Shown here in pieces: positions 38,996-50,576 of a DNA stretch of 64,000 bases. The DNA is from Prorocentrum cordatum (taxonomy: Eukaryota). The notes below the pieces were generated by a model. The model was not told the origin of the DNA. It worked only from the letters and a program-made list of their open reading frames with translations, and ran no database searches. A program made the translations under genes and the position numbers. Position 1 is the first letter of the stretch, and each line of letters opens with the position of its first letter. The DNA is taken from assembly GCA_963575745.1 (NCBI GenBank), contig CAUYUJ010000112.1:1-64000 (forward strand), in the 5' to 3' direction.

Positions 38996-39148
38996 AAGAG
39001 AACTATGCACATGCATCGATTCTGGCCAGGCCCATTTGGGGCCCAGGATCGGTGCATATGCTTTCCTGGCCAAGGCAGGAGGGCATATGCACCAATCCTG
39101 GGCTCAGGATGGGCCTGGTCAGAACCCGTGTATGTGCATAGTCCTCTT
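38996..39148. repeat. ~153-bp imperfect palindrome (fold-back element)
   Basis: ACTATGCACAT...CCAGGCCCAT...GGTGCATATGC pairs with GCATATGCACC...ATGGGCCTGG...ATGTGCATAGT around a short loop near 39072. Confidence 0.88.
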
Positions 39149-39311
39149 TCCTCTATAATTAGCACCCCGCAGTTGCGCATACGAGCGAGGGGACGGCGAG
39201 GACGTCGTCAGTCTGCGAGGCTCTGAAGAAGCCGGGCGCAGGCGCCTAACTTTCTACCAATCATGCAGGGAGTCCGCTGCAGGCGCCAATTTTTTCGTTG
39301 AAGCAATGTGG

Positions 39312-39955
39312 GGGGATCACGGGGTGGGTCGCGGGTGGGCTGGTGGGCCGCGGGTGGGTCGCGGGTGGGTCGCGGGCCGGGCCGCAGGTGGGTCGCGGGT
39401 GGGTCGCATGTGGGTCTCGAGTGGGTCGCGGGCGGGTCACGGGGTGGGTCGCGGGCGGGTCACGGGGTGGGTCGCGGGTGGGTCGCGGGGCGGGTCGCAG
39501 GGGGGACGACGCCAAACAACAACAGCAACAATAACAACAACAATACCAATAACAACAATAATAACAGCAACAACAACCACAACAGCATAAGCAGCAACAA
39601 CAACATCAACACCATCAACACCAACAATACCAACACCAGCAACAACAATAACAACAACACCAACAGTAGCAGCACCAACAACAATAACAGTTTCAACAAC
39701 AACAGCAACAGCAACACCACCACCAGCAACAACAGCAACACCACCACCGACAACAGCAAAACCAACAACGCAACAACAACGACGACGACAGCAACACCAA
39801 CAGCAACAACAAAAACAACATCAGAACACCAGCACAAACAAACAACCAAACAAACACACACACATCAGCACAACAACACCAACAGCAGCAGCAGCAGCAG
39901 CAACACCAACAACAACAGCAGCAACAACACCACCAACACCATTAACAACAATAAT
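39312..39955. repeat. (GGGTCGCGGGT)n minisatellite followed by a (CAA)n-rich tract
   Basis: Directly visible. Confidence 0.9.
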
Positions 39956-41169
39956 CCGCATCGCGGAATCCCACTTCAGCCATGCACGCAGGGACAGTGA
40001 AGGACCGTTCGACCCACTCACTCTGATATTATTTTTTGGGTGGCCCGACCGATCGCGACGTCGTTGTCGCGTGCTGGCACTTCGATCCATCGGAGTGGGG
40101 CAACGAGTGCAAGGTCGCCAACTACGGCCCTCACGCCGCCATCCAGCGGTACGTTGAAGCCGTTCAGGCAGACCCCTTCGACGAGCCCTCCCGCCCAAGC
40201 TCTCGGGGCACAGCCTGGCGTGTCACTGCGCTCGCCGGGAGGCTTGCCACGCCGACGCGCTTGTCGGCCTGTGCACTTCGGGGTTGCCCGTGATGGCCAC
40301 GGGGCAGGCGACCTATTGCCAGGTGGTGGTGGTGATGGTGATGGTGGTGATGATGATGATGGCGATGATGTTGATGGTTGTGATGATTACGTTTACGATG
40401 TTGATGGTTATGATGACGATGATGGTAATGATGCTGATGATGAGTATGATGACCATGATGAAGCCGGGCGGACACGCCTAGTGCGAGCACGGTGCAGCGC
40501 TTGGGCCTCCGGGGCGCCCCCCTGCCAGCGAGGCGCCCTGGGACGTGGCCCCGTACGACGCCGCCGAGGGGGCGCCCCTCGCGGAGTGAGGGCGCCGCTC
40601 GCCGCAGGAGCGGGGAGGCCCTGAGGCGGAGGGCAAGGGAGGAGGAGGGAGGAAGGAGAAGGAGGAGGAGGGAGGATGCGGAGGGAGGAGGAGGAGGAGG
40701 AGGAGGAGGAGGAGGAGGAGGAGGAGGAGGAGGAGGAGGAGGAGGAGGAGGAGGGGGAGGAGGAGGACGAGGAGGAGGAGGAGGAGGAAGGAGGCAGGAG
40801 GCAGGAGGAAGGAGGACAGAGGAGGAGGAGGAGAAGGAGGAGGAGGAGGAGGAGGAGGAGGAGGAGGAGGACGAGCGCTCAGCTGGGGGTGGTTCGTGGT
40901 TCGACTCGACTCGAATCGAATTTGGACGCAGGCCGTTGCCTCCGCCAAGCTACCGCAGGAAAGCACCTACTGTGAGGCTCTCGACCTGCGGCTGACTTTC
41001 CATTACGAATCCGCGCACAAACGAGAGGCGAAGCATCGCCGCTGCACGGGCCAAGGGGGAAATCCGACGACCCTCAAGGGGCCTTTTACGCTACATCTCG
41101 CTTCCAATCTGCTGCGGCTCCAGGGGGACCAGAGCTCTATGAATGTTCTGCTTCCTGGAAGCGCCAGTG

Positions 41170-42289
41170 AACTTAATTCATATACATATATATGTATACA
41201 CATCGTACAAAGTTGATTGTCAGGTGGCGAGAGGCGAACTTCATTCTCTGGATATGTTTCTTTTCCGCGATGTGCAACTGATACCTACGCTCCATTGCTT
41301 CGTTCCCGTAACTGATGTGGCACCAGATCGGCGCCAGCAGCTACTCCAGCAGCATCTTCAGCGTGCTCGGGTTGCGAACCGACGATTGTGCCTTCGACAG
41401 TATCTCCGTCCTCAGCTGCACCGTCGGTCTCAGAGACAGAGCCTGACACCTCAGGCTCTGGGTAGAGCACCTTCTCGGCGGAGGGCGCCACGTTGACGAC
41501 TGCCTTCATGGTGTCGGTCTGCGCCGCGTCCGAGGAGCTCGGCTGACCGAACTGCACAGCCTCCTTCTCCTGCTCCTCTCCGCCGCCGTTGTTGTCCTTC
41601 TCCAGGAAGGGGGTACCCTCCTCTGTGAAATCGACGTTCTCCTCTTTCGAGCGGGCAGGGTTCCCGCAGTCGATCGCCGTCGCGGTGGCGATCTTGCCAT
41701 CTAATTACTGAGACGACGTCCTTCTCGACCACGACCTCGGGATCCTCGCCGAGCTGCTCCATCAGCTCCTCGCCCGCCGACGTGTACAGCACTTGGTCAG
41801 CCGCCTCGTCCTTCTCCGCCATGGCCCACGTTGGCGGATCCTTCCGAGGGTGCCTCTGCGATCAGCTCCTTGCCAATCTCGTGCTGCTCCACATCCAGCG
41901 CTGCCAGCACCGTGTTATAGGTTTCCATGATGGCCCACTCCTCCAGGCCTGGTGGGGCGCCGAGCGCCAGGAACTCCACCAGGCGGCAGCGCTCCCGCTG
42001 GACGTGGAGAGCATGCGTGGCGCGGGTGCGCGCACGCCTGCGCGAGCTGCGCGACAAACCGAGGGCCGCACAGGCGGCAGCACACTGCGGCTCCATCTGC
42101 TTCAGCGTGACCTCCAAGCCGGATGCCTGCTGCTGCAGGACGTCATGCACGAGAGGTCTGCATGTGAGCGGTACTTGGGCAAGCAGGGCAAGGCCGAGCT
42201 CGAGCCAAGATGAGTACCGCTCAAGCCGGCGGGGCCCACTTGAGCCAGCTGGCTTGAGCCACGCGGTGCTTGAGCCAGATGGCTACGGA
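41170..42289 (-). pseudogene. Spliced-leader-capped retrocopy with a frameshifted acidic ORF of unknown function
   Basis: SL cluster at the 5' end, followed by coding-like segments (ORFs 41797-42150, 41451-41822, 41285-41557) with no obvious introns. Confidence 0.6.
42199..42289 (-). other. DinoSL relic cluster (one near-complete, three partial)
   Basis: TCCGTAGCCATCTGGCTCAAG (42289-42269), then TGGCTCAAG (42261-42253 and 42247-42239) and ATCTTGGCTCGAG (42211-42199). Confidence 0.88.
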
Positions 42290-42738
42290 GGAGGAGGAGG
42301 AGGGGCAGGAGGAGGAGGAGGAGGAGAAGGAGAAAGCAGGAGAGGAAGAGGAGCAGACTCTCGAAGCCCCCGTCCCGACGCCGCCGAGGGGGCACCCCTC
42401 GCGGAGTCGGAGCGCCGCTCGCGCGCGCCGCGCGGGGCCCGCGCCCGTAGCCTGCCGGGAGCCGCGCCGTCCTGCCCGCAGCCTGCCCGGCCTCCGTCCT
42501 CGCGCCTCCGAAGGCGGGGAGGCGAGGCCAGACCTCTGCACGAACGAAGTGGGCATACGGAAAGAATGGTCGGGAGTGGACATACCTCCTACCCTGACAC
42601 GTCGAGTATCGAATTGGCCGTTTTCGGTTCGCGAGACGGCGACGCGGCCGTCATTTTTGCGGGTCCAGGTCCGTCGGTTTCGGTCCCAGGCCGTTTTCAT
42701 TAAGGGGAGGTCTACTAAAGGGAGGTTTGTCCACCGCC

Positions 42739-42899
42739 GAAATGGGCACAATGCCCAACAGCAGTTCCTGTTCATTCTGAACAGGACTCGCTGTCCGCGC
42801 CGCCGCGGCCTGTGTCCATGCGAGACAGAAGGCCGCCTGCCCAACAGCGGCCGCTGTTGGTTTTGGACAACATCTGCTGTTGGGCATTGTGCCCATTTC
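42739..42899. mobile_element. MITE with perfect 26-bp TIRs
   Basis: GAAATGGGCACAATGCCCAACAGCAG / CTGCTGTTGGGCATTGTGCCCATTTC; internal palindrome CCAACAGCGGCCGCTGTTGG. Confidence 0.85.
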
Positions 42900-43446
42900 T
42901 TCCGTACCCATGTCGGGCGTCCGAAAGACCCACGGTGGCGCCGTGCACACACACGGCGGGAGGTGTTGGGGCCGTCTGCGGCCTCCCAGGGCCCTCGCGG
43001 GGCCCCAGGACCGCCAAGCAGCGACTCGGGAGGACACGCCCGAGGGAACGGGTGTGGACCTCCAGGGGCGCCGCACGGGGAAAGAAAACTCAGGACGACG
43101 CGGGTCCGGAAGGCGGAGGGCGGAGGCGGGGCGGGGCTCCGACAGGGCCCCAGGAGGCGCGCCTCCACGGACGGGGCGCAGGCTGGCCGCGGCTGTCGTG
43201 GGCCGACGCTGCTGGGAGAACGGCTCGGTTGCACGCAGCGGCGTCCACGGCACGCCTCGAGCGGTGGCTGGCACGGGCGGAGGAGGAGGAGGAGGAGGAG
43301 GAGGAGGAGGAGGAGGAGGAGGAGGAGGAGGAGGAGGAGGAGGAGGGGGAGGGGGAGGAGGGGGAGGGGGAGGAGGAGAAAGAATAATAATCATAAGAAG
43401 AAGGATAATAACAATAATACAATGATACCGGAGAAAAAAACATGTT

Positions 43447-44997
43447 TTACCTAACAGCGAAGACTGATAGGATTCTGGTAGGGTCAAAAGAGAGCATCAT
43501 GACTCCTCAGGGGGGTCTGGGCGGAACCCGGACAGAATCCGGCGGCTGCCGTCGGAGCCCAAATCGCTTGGGACATCCTTGCAAAATCGCTTTTGGCGCT
43601 CCCAGAACGCCATTCCCGGGCTACATTTTGGATGCCCGGAGCCAACGTAGGCCACTTCGTGCTCTTGGACTTCCCAGAACACCATTCCCGGGCCACATTT
43701 TGAATGCCCGGAGCCAATTGTAGGCCACTTCGTGGTCTTCGAGGTCCCAGAATTCCTTTCCTGGGCATGATTTTGAATGCTCGGAGCCAACTGTAGGCCA
43801 CTTCGTGGTCTTCGAGGTCCCAGAATTCCTTTCCTGGGCATGATTTTGAATGCTCGGAGCCAACTGTAGGCCACTTCGTGGTTTTCGAATTCCCAGAATT
43901 CCATTCCTGGGCATGATTTTGAATGCTCGGAGCCAACTGCAGGCCACTTCGTGGTCTTCGAGTTCCCAGAATTCCATTCCTGCGCATGATTTTGAATGTC
44001 CGGAGCCAACTGTAGGCCGAGGCTGAAGGCAGACTGAGGCTGAGGCTGAAGCAGGCAGAGGCTGAAGGCTGAGGCTGAGGCTGAAGCAGGCTGAGGCTGA
44101 GGCAGGCTGAGGCTGAGGCTGAGGCTGATGCAGGCTGAGGCTGAGGCAGGCTGAGGCTGAGGCCGAGGCTGAAGGCAGACTGAGGCTGAGGCTGAAGCAG
44201 GCTGAGGCTGAGGCTGAGGCAGGCTGAGGCTGAGGCTGAGGCAGGCTGATGCTGAGGCAGGCTGAGGCTGAGGCTGAGGCTGATGCAGGCTGAGGCTGAG
44301 GCAGGCTGAGGCTGAGGCCGAGGCTGAAGGCAGACTGAGGCTGAGGCTGAAGCAGGCTGAGGCTGAGGCTGAGAGGCAGGCTGAGGCTGAGGCAGGCTGA
44401 GGCTGAGGCCGAGGCTGAAGGCAGACTGAGGCTGAGGCTGAAGCAGGCTGAGGCTGAGGCTGAGGCTGAGGCTGAGGCTGAGGCTGAGGCTGAGGCAGGC
44501 TGATGCTGAGGCAGGCTGAGGCTGAGGCTGAGGCTGATGCAGGCTGAGGCTGAGGCAGGCTGAGGCTGAGGCCGAGGCTGAAGGCAGACTGAGGCTGAGG
44601 CTGAAGCAGGCTGAGGCTGAGGCTGAGGCAGGCTGAGGCTGAGGCTGAGGCAGGCTGATGCTGAGGCAGGCTGAGGCTGAGGCTGAGGCTGATGCAGGCT
44701 GAGGCTGAGGCAGGCTGAGGCTGAGGCCGAGGCTGAAGGCAGACTGAGGCTGAGGCTGAAGCAGGCTGAGGCTGAGGCTGAGGCAGGCTGAGGCTGAGGC
44801 AGGCTGAGGCTGAGGCTGAGGCAGGCTGAGGCTGAGGCTGTGACTGCGACTGCACTTGCCACTGCGACTGTCATCGCGAATGCGACTGCGACTGCGAGAA
44901 CAGCAGAATTCTACAACTGGATTATCATCTGAATCTTGAGGGGAATGCTTCCAGATATGCTCCTACACATCGCTGTTAGGTTGCTTTGCCGGGATAA
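43447..44997 (+). mobile_element. Composite satellite-carrying element, copy A
   Basis: Head TTACCTAACAGCGAAGACTGATAGG, 73-bp tandem array, (GCTGAG)n-derived array, conserved tail ending TCGCTGTTAGGTTGCTTTGCCGGGATAA. Confidence 0.85.
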
Positions 44998-44999
44998 TT

Positions 45000-45386
45000 T
45001 AGGGCTGTAGGGCTATAGGGCCATATGGGCTGTATGGCTATTGGGCTATAGGGTAATAGAGCTACAGGGCTATAGGGCTATAGGGTATAGGGGTATAGGG
45101 CTATAGAGCTATAGGGCTATACGGCTATAGGGCTATATGGCTATTGAGCTACAGGGCTATAGGGCTATAGAGCTATAGAGCTGCAGTGTTATGGGGCTAT
45201 ATGGCTATAGGGCTATAGGGCTGTAGGGCACCCCCGGGCACCCGGGCACCCCCGGGCACGCCCGGGCACCCGGGCACCCGGGCAGCCGGGCAGCCGGGCG
45301 CCCCCGGGCACCCGGGCGTGCGGCGAAAATCGGCGGCAAATCTAACCTAACCGAATGAATCCGCTACGACCTCCACAGTAGACGAA

Positions 45387-45430
<44 letters not shown>

Positions 45431-45452
45431 ACTACTACTACTTCTACTACTA

Positions 45453-45528
<76 letters not shown>

Positions 45529-45821
45529 CACTAATAACAATAATAGTAACACAAATGATAATAATAATAATAATCAGATTACTGAACCTGATGGGGGAAA
45601 TAAGAAGACGAATAATAGTAGTAATACGAATAACAATAATACTATTAAGAATAATATTAATACTACAAAGAATATTCATTATAAAATAGTATTAATAATA
45701 ATCATAATAATAATGCTAATAATAATCGTAATAATAGTAGTAGGAATAATAATAATAAAAGTAAGAAGAGGAAGAATAATAATAATAATAAGAAGAAGAA
45801 GAATACTACTACTAATAATAA

Positions 45822-45852
<31 letters not shown>

Positions 45853-45905
45853 AAGAAGAAGAAGAAGAAGAGGAGGAAGAAGAAGAGGAGGAGGAGGAGG
45901 AGGAG
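45000..45905. repeat. (AGGGCTAT)n, (CCCGGGCA)n, (CTA)n, (TAA)n and (GAA)n simple repeats
   Basis: Directly visible. Confidence 0.93.
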
Positions 45906-45997
45906 GCGGGCGCTCTCGTCTTCCGAGGATGCGCCTGGCCCGGGGGGGGGCAGGTGCGTTGGCGGTGCGCCTTCCCTGAAATCCGGGCGCTGCATTT

Positions 45998-47733
45998 TTA
46001 CCTAACTGACGACTGATAGGTTTCTAGTAGTGTCAAAACTGAGCATCTTGACTCCCCAGGGGGGTCTGGGCGGGTGCCGGAGAGAAGCCGCGGAAGTCGT
46101 TTTAAGCAAACAATTACACACTTCGTAGTATTTGAGGTCCCAGAACTCCACTCCCGGGCCACATTCTCAATGGCCGGAGCCAACTGTAGGCCACTTCGTG
46201 GTCTTCGAATTCCCAGAACTCCATTCCCGGGCCACATTTTGAATGCCCGGAGCCAACTGTAGGCCACTTCGTGGTCTTCGAGTTCCCCGAACCCCATTCC
46301 TGGGCATGATTCTGAATGCCCGGAACTTCGTGGTCTTCGAGTTCCCAGAATTCCAATCCTGGGCATGATTTTGAATGCCCAGGGCCAACTGTAGGCCACT
46401 TCGTGTTCTTCGAGTTCCCAGAATTCCATTCCCGGGCCACATTTTGAATGCTGAGGCAGGCTGATGCTGAGACTGAGGCAGGCTGAGGCTGAGGCAGGCC
46501 GAGGCTGAGGCCGAGGCTCAAGGCAGACTGAGGCTGAGGCTGAGGTGAGACTGAGGCTGAGGCTGAGCTGAGGCTGAGGCTGTGAGGAGGCTGAGGAGGC
46601 TGAGTGCTGGAGGCTGAGGCAGGCTGAGGCAGGCTGAGGCTGAGCCGAGGCTGAAGATGAGGCTGAGGCTGAGGCTGAGGCTGAGGCTGAGGCAGGCTGA
46701 GGCTGAGGCTGAGGCAGGCTGAGACTGATGCAGGCTGAGGCTGAGGCTGAGGCTGATGCAGGCTGAGGCTGAGGCAGGCTGAGGCTGAGGCCGAGGCTGA
46801 AGGCAGATTGAGGCTGAGGCTGAGGCAGGCAGGCTGATGCTGAGGCAGAGGCAGGCTGAGGCTGAGGCTGAGGCTGATGCAGGCTGAGGCTGAGGCAGGC
46901 TGAGGCTGAGGCAGGCTGAAGGCAGACTGAGGCCGAGGCTGAAGCAGAGGCTGAGGCTGAGGCAGGCTGAGGCTGAGGCTGAGGCTGAGGCTGAGGCAGG
47001 CTGAGGCTGAGGCAGGCTGAGGCTGAGGCTGAGGCTGAAGCAGGCTGAGGCTGAGGCTGAGGCTGAGGCTGAGGCTGAGGGCTGAGCTGAGGCAGGCTGA
47101 GGCTGAGGCTGAGGCTGATGCAGGCTGAGGCTGAGGCAGGCTGAGGCTGAGGCTGAGGCCGAGGCTGAAGGCAGACTGAGGCTGAGGCTGAAGCAGGCTG
47201 AGGCTGAGGCTGAGGCTGAGGCTGAGGCAGGCTCTGAGGCAGGCTGAGGCTGAGGCTGAGGCATGCAGGCTGAGGCTGAGGCAGGCGAGGCTGAGGCCGA
47301 GGCTGAAGGCAGACTGAGGCTGAGGCTGAAGGCAGGCTGAGGCTGAGGCTGAGGCAGGCTGAGGCTGAGGCAGGCTGAGGCTGAGGCTGAGGCCGAGGCA
47401 GGCTGAGGCTGAGGCTGAGGCTGAGGCTGAGGCTGAGGCTGCGGGCAGACTGAGGCTGAGCTGAAGGCAGGCTGAGGCTGAGGCAGGCTGAGGCAGGCTG
47501 AGGCTGAGGCATGAGGCTGAGGCTGAGGCTGAGGCTGAGGCTGAGGCAGGCTGAGGCTGAGGCAGGCTGAGGCTGAGGCTGAGGCTGATGCAGGCCACTG
47601 CGACTGTCATCGCGAATGCGACTACGACTGCGAGAACAGCAGAATTCTACAACTAAATTCTCATCTGAATCTTAAGGGGAATGCTTCCAGATATGCTCCT
47701 ACACATCGCTGTTAGGTTGCTTTGCCGGGATAA
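45998..47733 (+). mobile_element. Composite satellite-carrying element, copy B
   Basis: Same head, arrays and tail as copy A. Confidence 0.85.
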
Positions 47734-47759
47734 GTTTCCCACACCGGGCGTTTGGGCTC

Positions 47760-47875
47760 ATTTCTCGCCGATCGTTGCCTAGGTACCCCACCTTGCCAGG
47801 AACGTGCGGTCTTGGCATCGGGGGCTTGTCCGCGACTTATCGGTGATATGTCGCCGATTTCAAATGGATATTTCC
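47760..47875 (+). repeat. Partial copy of the intron-3 repeat family
   Basis: GCCGATCG...CCAGGAACGTGCGG...GGGGGC...ATCGGTGATATGTCGCCGATTTCA aligns with 25727-25820. Confidence 0.65.
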
Positions 47876-48557
47876 CCCCCACCCACCCACCCCTCCCTTG
47901 AGCCAGCACCCCCTGCTTCGTTTCCCCTCATTTCGTCGGCCCTCCCCTGAGAGTCGAGTTTGCGATCAAGTTCGCAGCATCGCAGAACTTCACGACTGGA
48001 GCCCTAATTGGGCCTCATCTTTCTGCGACATTGTTCGAAACTGGGCGAAAGCGCCCAGCCTAAACACAGTGCAACGCCCAGATCTCAGGGTCCTTTCAGC
48101 CAGGGCTGTACAAGACCCCCTGGGGCTTTCCAATGGGGCTCCACATCGCTCCGCCTCGCCTCGCCCTGGCTCGAGCCACGCAGCCCGAGCGACTGCCCTG
48201 GATTCGTGGGGCGGCGGGGAGCCAGCTGAAGTCGGTGCTCAGAGAGAGGCGTTCCAAGAGACTCCCTGGGCCGCCCGCTCGGGCAGGCTCCCAGCCACGT
48301 TCTTTGAGCACTGCCATCGTCCTTTCAGCGGGCACGGTGCGGAACGCAGACTGTTGTGCTTCCCCTTTCCCTCCTGTGCTCCAGCTCTTGCGCCTCCCTC
48401 CCTTCTGCTCCTGCTGCTGGTGTTGCTCCTCCTCCTCCTCCTCCTCCTCCTCCTCCTCCTCCTGGTCCCCCCGCTTCTCCTCCTGCTTCCGCTGGTGCTC
48501 CACCTCCTTCGCCGTTTCCTCTTTCTTCTGGTGCTGCTGCTCCTCCCTCTCTTCTCC

Positions 48558-48600
<43 letters not shown>

Positions 48601-48636
48601 CCTCCCCCTTCCCCGCTTCCTGCTGCTGCTGCTGCT

Positions 48637-48676
<40 letters not shown>

Positions 48677-48704
48677 GTGGTGGTGGTGCTGCTGCTGCTG
48701 CTGG

Positions 48705-48739
<35 letters not shown>

Positions 48740-48849
48740 CTCCTCCTCCTCCTCCTCCCTCCTCCTCCTCCTCCTCCTCCTCCTCCTCCTCCTCCCCCTT
48801 CCGCTCTCCTCCTGCTTCTGCTCCTCCTCTTTACCCTCCCCCGCTTCCT

Positions 48850-49234
48850 GCTGCTTGTTGGTAGACCAGACATGCATTTTCACCACATCTGCTAGCACCC
48901 GGCCACCTTTGGAGTGTGCCACTGGGGTTTACGCCATCACCGCTTGGTGCTAAATGGGCTGCAGCACGCATGGCATTTGCGCACTATTCCTCTGAGCAGA
49001 TCCACGCTAGCAAGAGTATGACTCCGGCTACTTTCGGGAACGTTGTTAACATGACGCCAAGCTTAGCAACAGCAAGGCAAAAGTTGAGAGAAAGAGAGAT
49101 GAGATAGAGGACCCAAGACGCAAGAGAAACGAGAAGTGAGCTGAGCAAGTTATGGTACAACGTGAGATTTACATGCAGGACGGGTGTGCAATCAACTCTC
49201 TCACAGAAAGCTGCTTCTACTGCGGCTGCTGCTG
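48850..49234 (-). repeat. 3' direct terminal repeat (pseudo-LTR) of the PLE
   Basis: About 14 substitutions relative to 54038-54422 by manual count; no TG...CA ends. Confidence 0.92.
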
Positions 49235-49467
49235 TACCCGCCACAACAACCGCAGCAGCTTGAAGGGCTACACAACATAGTCCAAGGGCTGCGGCGAGAC
49301 TTGCGTATCCTCGTAGCAGTGTGATCCGCTCGACCCCCATCGAGCAGACATCGAGGAGTAGGATTCCTGGTAGGAGAACGACCAGGCACGTTATCTTATT
49401 CACTCGGCGCAACGTCATGGTTGGCGATTTTGATCTTGTAGTGCTGTATTCTTGTTAGGTTTATCTT

Positions 49468-50470
49468 CTAGGCCATGGCGCCACAGCCCTTGCCAGTAAC
49501 GAACTGGATGAGCTGCTCGATTTTCCTCGCTTTGGTCTTCCCGATGGACGTGCTCAAGTTGTTTTTCTTCAAGATCGTGTCCAACTTCGCCTGCGTTGTT
49601 TCCTCGGCCAGGCGCGAAATGAAGCCGGCACTTTCTTGCGGCCAGCCCTCCAATGAAGTGTCGGGGCAGACGACTTTGGCTACGTACTTCAGTGCTTTTG
49701 CTTCCGTGTGTTCCGCCTCCTCGGGCTCCTCATCCTGGCTGGGGACGGCCAAGGTACGCAGGCCCTGCTGGCCACCCGATGGCGTGGCACGACGGTCGCT
49801 CCCACTTGCCCCTGACCTGGCCAGGCCTGCGTTCTCGACGAAATCACCCAAGATGTCATCGAGGCTCTTCTTCGTGGTGCCGTGTTTGGCTGCGACGACC
49901 TCTTTGAGCCTCTCGACGAACTCCTCTTCCGTGTACTTGCGGGCTCCGCCAGGCGGGTTCCCCATCCTAGTCTGCAGGGATTTCACCCACTTGATGACCT
50001 CATCTTCGGGGGGGGGGGGTCTGCTTCTGCATGATCTTGCGGAGCATCTGCTTCATGAGGCCAGATCCGGCGTGGTCGCTGTCCGAATCCTCGTCAGACT
50101 CCGACTCCTCAGACATGGCAAGCCTCTTCGCCATCCTCAAGAAGCGGAAAGGTGCACGCTTGCCGTCACGCTGGCTCCTCCTCCCTTTCTCATCATGCTT
50201 GCTCTTGATCCCCAGGAGCTTGCGCACAGCTGCCTCCGCACCTGCCGTGATCTTTTTCACGAAGGACCGTTCTTGCTCCTCCATGACTGCAGCCTGTTCG
50301 TAGTCATACAGGCGGCGGTTCAAGTCATCGATGCCCGAGATCCCTCCAGCCATCCATAGAGGCTGCTGCGATCCATACGGCGTGTAGCCTATGGACTTGC
50401 CCTTGCCTTTGCCCTTGCCGTTGCCGTTGCCCCCCTGCCCGTACTGGTTGTAGCGGTTCCTAGACCCCAT
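49468..50470 (-). CDS. PLE accessory ORF (~333 aa; GK-rich N-terminus, acidic tract, SAP/HeH-like C-terminus) with one frameshift in a C12 run
   Basis: MGSRNRYNQYGQGGNGNGKGKGKGK...QKQTPPP joins EDEVIKWVKSLQ...AKLDTILKKNNLSTSIGKTKARKIEQL if the homopolymer at 50008-50019 is shortened by one base. Confidence 0.65.
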
Positions 50471-50576
50471 GGGACCGGCAATGGAGCAGCACCAGTGCAG
50501 GGGAGGAGAGTTCTGTACGCGGCGAGGGCCGAGATGGGCTGCAGGCACGATGGGCATAACGGTGCATGAAGAATAT

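Noticed and set aside
42269..42289. Functional SL RNA gene
   Set aside because: The leader is mutated and is followed by further relics and coding-like sequence instead of a GT donor and SL intron.
43590..44015. 73-bp tandem units as a CRISPR array
   Set aside because: The units are contiguous near-identical repeats without unique spacers, there are no cas genes, and the context is eukaryotic.
43497..47610. QPQP/ASAS/LSLS ORFs of 400-500 aa
   Set aside because: They are stop-free readings of the (GCTGAG)n array; all three frames are open on one strand.
47897..47905. Isolated CTTGAGCCA as an SL relic
   Set aside because: A single 9-mer with no tandem copies or downstream ORF is compatible with chance.
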